Positions 38,201 through 47,200 of a stretch of DNA of 64,000 nt are shown in pieces. Location of the stretch: assembly GCA_963666285.1 (NCBI GenBank), contig OY762711.1. One strand, written 5' to 3'. The translations under genes and the position numbers were made by a program. Numbering within the stretch: the stretch's first letter is position 1; each line of letters starts with the position of its first letter. Under the pieces are notes generated by a model, which did no database searches, was not told the origin of the DNA, and was given only the letters and a program-made list of their open reading frames with translations. The stretch is from Sedimentisphaerales bacterium (lineage in GTDB: Bacteria; Planctomycetota; Phycisphaerae; Sedimentisphaerales; SM23-30).

Positions 38201-41200
38201 ATTACCAATAATGGTGTTAGCACTGTAAGTTATTATACTGTCGAACTTGGCCTTTATAGTGATCAGGCACTGACCCAGCTTGTGGCAGGTACTGCCAAAT
38301 CTCAGTCTGCTGCCAATCTTGCCGGTAATGGTACCGCGACAGTATCAATTAATGGTAACACCATTCCGGCTGATCTGGCTGCTGGTACGTATTACTACGG
38401 CATAAAACTTGACCCGTCAAATGTGGTTGATGAAAGCGGTGTAACCGGCGGTGAAAGCAATAATACCATTGCGATTCCTGTTACCATAGAATCTGCAGCT
38501 CCGGTATATGATATTACTATTGCCAGTACTTCTGATGTACAGTTTACCGATGGTGCCGGTACTGCCATGCCTGCCGATCCTGTATTTATGACGGATATGA
38601 CCAGTATAGGCGTATCGATGAATATTGCCAATAACGGAACTTCTACTACTGATCCATATCAAGTAAAGATAGGCATTTACAGCGATTCTGCATTGACAAC
38701 TCCGCTGGCCGGAAGTGAAACGACTATAACCGGTATCACCATTGATGGCAATGGAACCGCTACTCTCAGTTTGAGCAGCCTGGCAATACCGACTATTACT
38801 ACTGAGGGTGTATATTATGTTGGTATTACGCTGGATGTTGATAATGAACTGGATGAAACCCAGGTAACCGATGGTGAAAATAATAATGTAATCGCCGTTC
38901 CTGTTACGTTTGAGCATCCAAAATCTGATATCGTTATGGCTTACTTCAAAGTCGCTGACCAGGAGCAGGTTCTTGAAGCCGCCCCTGGCGATACACTGCA
39001 GGTGCATCTGGAACTTAATAATGAGTCACAAACCGCAATTACTACTCCATTTGATGTAACTGTTGATTTGCTGGACTCAACAGGTGCGGTAGTAACCGGG
39101 GCAAGCTGGACACAGCAAATTACTGTGTTGAATTCCTACAACGAAGGCAATAATCACATTGATGTTGATTTTGATATCATGCTGCCTTTCGATCTGGATA
39201 TTGCCGGCACATATACTCTTGTCGCTAAAGCAGATAGCGGAAATGTTATCGTTGAAGCAAAAGAGGATAACAATGCTTCTCAAGAGATATCGCTGACCTT
39301 AAAGAACCCGGAAGTCGATCTGTTCCTCCAGCCGGTATTTATTGAGACACCGCCTGAAGGTAAATTCTTCTGGGGTTCGGAGTTATATTTCAACTTCCAG
39401 CTAAACGAATTTGGTGATAGTGCCTCTCCGCAAAGCAAGGCTGCAATATACCTGAGCAGTACGGAAGGCAGTATTGAAGGTGCAACTCTATTACAAGAAT
39501 TAGACATACCGGAGCTAAATCCCGGAAGTTTTTATTCTGCAGAGACATATATCTATCTTCCTGAAAACCTTGATGGTTCTATGACTGACGGACAATATTA
39601 TATTGTTGTATCAGTTGACAGTGACGATCAGATAGATGAAATAATAAACGGTGTGTCAGCAGAAGATAACAACATAAAATCTGCCGCGATTGAGATTGGC
39701 TCGCCGAATATCGATCTGGAAATAATGCAGGACAGTTCTACTGCCGGAGAAGATTTTGAAATAATGAGACTTGTTCCATTTGATGTTCAGATGGAGGTAT
39801 TTAATGATAGTCTTGGCGTTGTTGATACACCGTTCGTCTTGAGGGCGGTTATCAGTCAGGATAGTATTGCCGGCAATGAGGATGATTATCTGCTGGGAGA
39901 AATTACGGTAGAGCATCTGGACCCATATATGAGTTTCCATGATGAATTGTTAGTTGATTTGCCTGATGAGACTGTTCTGCCGGATGGTACATATCGTGTT
40001 ATTATTACTGCAGATGCAAATAATGTAATTGATGAAACATATCCGGACGGCACAGCAGCAGAAGATAATAACCAGAGCATTTTCTATATAAATCTGGTCA
40101 CACCAGATCTGGTTGAAGGTGTTGATCTTGAAGCAGGTGATTTTGATTTTGAAGGTATGACAAATTTCAACTGGGGTGAGACTTACGATGTTTATTATGG
40201 ACTTATGAACAGCGGTTTGGAAGATGCCGGTGAGTTCAATATCAAGATAGCTCTATCAAAGGACAATGTTTACGATTCAACTAATGGAGATTATCTGCTG
40301 GCTGATATAGATGTAGCAGAAGGACTTACTTCTGGTAATGTTTACATGAACCAGACAACGCTGACTTTCCCGGACAATGCAGACGGCAGTCTTTCTGATG
40401 GCCCGTACTTTGTTATATTTGTTATCGATGGTGACAATCTTGTAACTGAGTCAGTTGAGGATAATAATATTATCAATAAGGTAATCAGTATGGGTAATCT
40501 GCCTAACGGTACTGATTTCGAAGTTGGTGATGTTGAGGCAGATACAAATGCAAATTATGGTGATAGCTTTACTATCAAGGTTCCGGTAAGCAATAACGGA
40601 GCTCAATCAGCCTGGGGGCAATTGAGTGTGTATGTATCAAGTTCGCCAATTACAAAGGCGAATCTTGACCAGGCAATGATGATCGGCAGCTATACATTAA
40701 GTGATGATGGTGATTTTGGTCCTGGAGCATCAACTACTATTGAAGTTGTAATTGATATGCCGACTATGCCGCAGGATTCTGCAGCGATAGAAGAATATTA
40801 TAATGTTTTGTTTATCGTTGATGCTAATAATGATGTGGAAGAGTTGGTCGAAAATAATAACTCTTTCTATCATACGTTTATCCTAACCCAGGAAAAACAG
40901 GCAGACCTCGAAGCCTGGCCGGTAATAGACAGTACCTCCGGCGGGAGTTATATCCCGGGTGTTGGTGAAGCTTTCGATTGGGGTGATGAACTTACATTGA
41001 ATGCTTATGTGAATAACTGGGGTGATGCAGATGTTGCTGATTCATTTAAGATTACATATTATCTGTCTTCTACATCGCCTTATGATGCAAACTTTGACAG
41101 CAGCGGTTTGTATCAGCTGACGTCCAAGACGGTTTCATCGATTGATGCCGGAGTGAGTGTGCAGGTTACAGGTGCGGTTGTTGTACTTCCAGAGACAGCT

Positions 41201-44200
41201 CCAGACAGATTCGCCGGTGTCAATAATCTATTTATAGTATCTATGGTGGATTCAGCTGATACTGTTGAAGAGTCAAACGAAGATAATAACTATAGTGATT
41301 TGTCTTTATATATTGGCAGCGTCCCGGCAGATTTGAGCGGCTGGATATCTATCGATCCTGAAGATGGCCAGGAATACCCCAGGTATAATTACTTGTGGGG
41401 TGAAACTATTCCGGTAAGTATGAATCTCAGTAATTTTGGCGGCGGTGATGCCGAGAACTTTACCATAACATATTATCTGGCCGAAGATTTTAACTTCCAG
41501 AACACCGATGGTTCTATTGATACTGGTAAGTTGGTAGAAATAAGCAGCCAGACTATATCTCTGGTCTCAGCCGGGGCAGGCAGTTGGAATCCTGACACCC
41601 AGACTGAAACTGAACCGGTTGTGGTATCCTATGGTCTGGTATTGCCGACAGAAAAACCATCTGGTTTCAGTGACACTTCGTTTGGTTATAACCTTGTTGC
41701 GATGATAGACAGCGGTGATACTGTTACCGAATATGATGAATACTGGAATAATATCACGACAAACTATATCAATATTGAGCAGAGTATATCAGATCTGATT
41801 AGTTTTTATGTAGATCCAATTGATCCTGCAACCGGTCAGTTTAAACCTGATGCACTGTGGTCTGATGATACAACTGTCCGCCAGATTCAGGTTCGTGGAA
41901 ATGTAGAGAATCAGGGTAATATTGATGTAGAAAGTATAAAAGTTAAATTCTTGCTGGCAGACTCTACCGGTAATATAGGAACGGCATATGAGCTTGGCGC
42001 AGAAACAATTGAAAATCTGACGGCTATGACCGGCAGTACCGAGTTGAGCTTTACTTATGATATACCTAAGCCGGAAGATGTTGGTTTTGTTCAGTCTGGT
42101 GCTGAAACCGGACCGTATACAATTATCATGGTGATTGACCCTGACGATGAAATTGATGAGAGTTTGGAAGATAATAACATTGCTATGCATCCGCTGCGTC
42201 TGACAAAACAGACCGGTAAGGTTTATGTTTCAGATAATATAGATGACCCGTCTGATAAGGAAATGGATTTTGGCAAGCTGCTTGTTGATGAAATCATAAA
42301 CGGTATTGTCACAATTCGCAATGATGGTGAAGGTGTTTTGACAGTAAATGAGATAACCAGCAGTAATGCTGCTTTCGGTATTTCTGGAATCCAGATGCCG
42401 ATCACTATTGAACCGGACGGATATGTTGATATAAATGTTGAAGTAAATGCTACAGACCTTCAGCCTGGTGATATTGAAGGAACGCTGACAATTATGACAG
42501 ATGACACTCGCAGGCCTGATGGTGTAGTTGTTGACCTGGCAGCAGAGGTTGCCCAGAGCCCATTTGATCTGGAGCTTACCTCTGTAGCTGCTGAAGCTGT
42601 TGATAGTGAAGCAGTGAATGATGAAACTGCAGATGCTTACTGGGGTGATACACTGAAAGTAGATCTTTCAGCTGCAAATATCTCAGATACAGATACGGCA
42701 AATGGTGTATTTGTTGATATATTCCTGGCAAACTCATATGATGAAAATGCTGATATGTATATGCTGGTAGAAGGTTATTCTATAGGTGATTTACTTGCAT
42801 CTGACAGTACTTCTGTCAGTCTGGATATTGCTTTGCCTGCAGAGTCGCCATTTGGCTATAGTGGTGAGATATATGTTGTTGCTGAAATATTTGGCGGTAT
42901 AGATGACTATGAGCCTGAATTTGATAATAATGTTAACGGCTCGTTGATGAGGATATTAACCAAACCGGAAGGTAACCCTGATATATCGTTCTCTTTCCTG
43001 AACCTGCCGGAAGAGCTGGCTCCGGGGATGGAAGTTACTGTTGGAATAGGGCTGGTTAATAGCGGCAAGGCTGATGCAGAAGAGTTTAGTGTTAACATTT
43101 ATGTATCTGATGATAGTCAGTTTGATAGTAATGATGAATTACTGGAAACGTTTACTGTTCATGGTTTGAGCGTTGATGCAGAAAAAGTATTCGACAAAAT
43201 CTTTACAATACCTGAAGATGCTGAAGAAGGACTTAAATATTTACTGGTAAGAGCTGATAGTACAGATGTGCTGAGTGAAGATGATGAAACTAACAATCAG
43301 GCATCAGCCAGGTTTAATATAGAAGCCGGTCCTGCAGTTGATTTTTCTATTACAGCTTTAACTGTAGATGCAGAATTGCTGGTAAATGAAGAGTTTGCTC
43401 TTGGTGTGACAGTTGCAAATAATGGTGATGAGTTGGCAGAAGATGTAGATGTAGATTTCTTCCTGTATCCTGCATCATCTGTAAGCGGAACCTCAACCGG
43501 CACATTTATTGGCTCGCTATTTATCGACTCGATAGATGCCGGCAGTAGTGTAGCCAGTACGTTCCAGGCCTTTATGCCGGGCGGGCTGGTTGAAATAGGT
43601 AGTGAATACGTAATAGTTGCGACAGTTGATCCGAGATCTGAAATTGAAGAGACTGATGAAACTAATAATTCGTTTACCAGTTCAACAGTAATACCTACAG
43701 TCGGCAGTATAGATCTGACCGGTCAGTTTGGTGAGGTTCCTGCCGAAGCCACCTGGGGCGATGGTTTTGATGTTACTCTTACCGTGACCAACCAGGGTGA
43801 AGCTGACGCATCAGCGTTTAGCGTTAAAGTTGTGCTTAGTGCAGATACGAAGATAGATGAAAATGATTTCTATCTTTCTTCCTGGCAGTCAGGCGGTAAG
43901 GCGCCTGGCGAGTCTACTGATACAACGTTATGGGCGTATCTGCCGGATTATGTAAATCTTGCGGATGGGAATTATTATGTTCTGGCAAAAATTGACAATA
44001 ACAACAAGGTGGAAGAAACAGATGAGACTAATAATCTGGTGATTTCTTCTGCGATTGCGGTTGCCGGTAAACCAGACCTTTATGGATATTTGACTGATGT
44101 GCCGGAAAGTGCAAATTATGGTCAGTCAATTACTGTGACTGATACTGTCAGTAATTATGGCACTGCGGCGGCAGGGGAGTTCGAAGTGACTTATTACCTG

Positions 44201-47200
44201 TCTGACGATTGGGAATACAATGCCGGTGAGGATGTTAAACTTGGTTCTCGTGTAATTAGTTCTCTGGCTGCAGAAGGAGAAAACACAGGTTCTGTAACTC
44301 TTGAATTGGCACGTCCGGAAGGATGGCCGGAAGAAGGTCAGGTGCATATTGTAATGGTTGTGGATGAGGCAAATGTGATCGATGAAAAATATGAGTCAGG
44401 TTTGGTTCAGGCTGATACAACTGTCGAATACAGCAGTATGCCGGTTGATATTCTTAAAGAAGGTAAATCTGACCTGGTTGGTATAAGTGTTGGAGCTCTT
44501 GCTGCTGAAAGTTTCGAATGGACCACGGATTCTGCTAATCCGGAAACAATTAATATTCAGTATGAATTAACCAATAACGGTACCGCGTCAGCAGAAAACT
44601 TTACCATATCATTCTATCTGTCGGCTAATACCCTGATTACTGCAGATAAGGATTATGAACTGGGCAGTATTACCATTAATACGCTTGAAGCAGAGGCTTC
44701 ACTTGCAGATTTTGCTGAATTTGTACTGCCTGAATCCAGTCCTACCGGTAAGGATGGTGATTTCTATATCGGTATGATAATTGATAAGGGTGCTGAGGTA
44801 GAAGAGATCGACGAACAAAATAATACTGCGACATCAACTGCAGCCGTTGCAATGGGCAATGTTGTCAAAGTTGATCTGGTGGCAAATGATGTTTACGGTC
44901 CGGAATCCGGTATAGTTCCAGATGAAAGCTTTAGTGTATATGCCGGTGTATTTAATGCAGGAACTGAACCAAGTTCAAGCTTTGAGATTGACTTCTATCT
45001 GACTACTTCAGGTTCTATCGACGGTACATCGATCAAGATTGGTTCCCAGACCATGGATCCGGTCAATGCCGGTTCATACAGCGGCCGGACATTTACCTTT
45101 GGTGGTCTTTCTGAGGATGTTTTGGATGGTTTTGTCGGCTCAAATGCTATATTTGCTATTGATGTCAATCCGGCGGAAACAGGCGGAAACCATGTCCTGG
45201 AAGAAAGCAATTATGATAACAACCAGACATCAGACTTTGCATCTACATATATCAGTCAACCTGTCACAGAAGATGCAGTGGCGGTAAGCTTTACTTCTGC
45301 CGCTGGTCTGGGTGATCTGACCTGGGGTGATTCTGTTTCGTTGAGCTATACAGTTACACCAATTTCAGATGCTCCGCTGGATGTTCAGATTATTCTGAAA
45401 AATAGTGCAGTTGGTAATGAGCTTGTTCTTTCAAGCTTCCAGCTGGCAGGAGGCGATTCTGATATCAGTTCAAGTATTACTGTTACATTGCCGGATACCA
45501 GCCCGTTTGGTCATGACGGCAATTTATCATTGGTGCTTGCTGTAGATCCAACCTCAACTTTCAGTGAAATATCTGAAGCTAATAATCAGCTATCTCTGCC
45601 GGTTACGGTCGGCAGCGGATTGTCTGACCTGGCGGCGATGGATATTTCAACTCAACCAACAGCGTCTGCCGGTGACAGTATTGAAATATACAGTGGCGTA
45701 GCTAATTATGGTTCAATTGATGCATACGGTTTTGAGATAACATATTACCTGTCATCATCCAATACTGTAATTGATGAAGGTAATGATACAATGCTGACTT
45801 CGGTATATATCAGCAGCCTGGCCGGTATGGAATATTTGTGGAATGCTCCGTCAATTACCATTCCGAACGATATTACAGATGGTAGTTATTATCTTGCTAT
45901 GCAGGTTGATCCATATGATGATATCGAAGAAGCTTCTGAAACAAACAACGTATCGTTCAGCTATATGCCGATTCAGATCAAGACTACTACTGTCTCTCCT
46001 GACAGTAATGAACCTGATAATCAGATAAGTTCGGCAACAATTGTTACTTTGACTGATGGTTTAAGCAATATTATTGAAGGAACTATTCACCAGCAGGGTA
46101 ACTCTGACTTCTTTAGCTTTACAACTCCGTCTGACGCTAATGGCCTGGCGGCAATTGAGGTTATCCCTGATGATTATCTAAATGTTTCGTTTACTGTTTA
46201 CAATCAGTCTGGAACCGCGATTTCAACGGTTGATCTGGAACCATATATGGGAGCAGAAGAAATATTTACCAGTTTCAATATTAGTCCGGGCAAGACATAT
46301 TACGTTGAAGTTGAAGGGGTAGGAAGTTCTTTAGGAGAATATGAACTTGAAATTATGGTTGGTACCGGTGGAACTGCCGGTGACAGCTATGAATCCAATA
46401 ATACCCTGGCTAATGCTGCATATATAGGTTCTGAAGATGTGACAATAACAAACGTTAATATCCATAGTCAGACCGACCAGGATTATTATATGTTTACTGT
46501 GCCGGGAGATTCAACCGGCGAATTTGAAATTGTGGCATTTGCAAATCCTGAACTTGACCTTGTAATGCGTTTGTATGACAGCGACGGAGTACAGATAGCA
46601 TCTTCAGATAATTCTGCAGCAGGAAGTGAGGAAAGTCTGAGAATTGATGCAGCTGCCGGAAGTGTATATTATGTTGCGTTTAGCTCCTGGGCAGGAAGTA
46701 CCGGTGGTTACGGTTTTGATATAATGTACGAACTGCAGGATTTGCCGGACGACTATGAATCCAATGATACCTTAGAAACAGCTTATGTACTAAATGGTGA
46801 TAGTTATATTGGTCTTTTTGATACGAATATTAATATCAGCACCGATGTAGATTATTACAGTGTGACTGTTCCTTCCGGTTATGTGTCTCTGGATCTGAAT
46901 ATTTACAATGCCGTAGAGCTTGACTCAAAGGTGTCAGTATACAGTTCGTCAGGCAGATTGCTGAGAAGTGCTGATCGAGGCGGTGTTGGTGAAATGGAAA
47001 CTCTTGTGGTTGACGGTTTGACTGCCGGGCAGGAGTTGTATATAGCTGTTAGCAGTGTAGATGGTACGACCGGTTATTATGGTATAAGCGGTAGTTACAG
47101 CGCTGAAGCTGCCGGTGATTTTGCCGAACCAAATGAAAGTACTGCATCAGCTTATGAAATTGATCTTACTAATAAGGTATCTGTAAGTATCGATAAGCTT

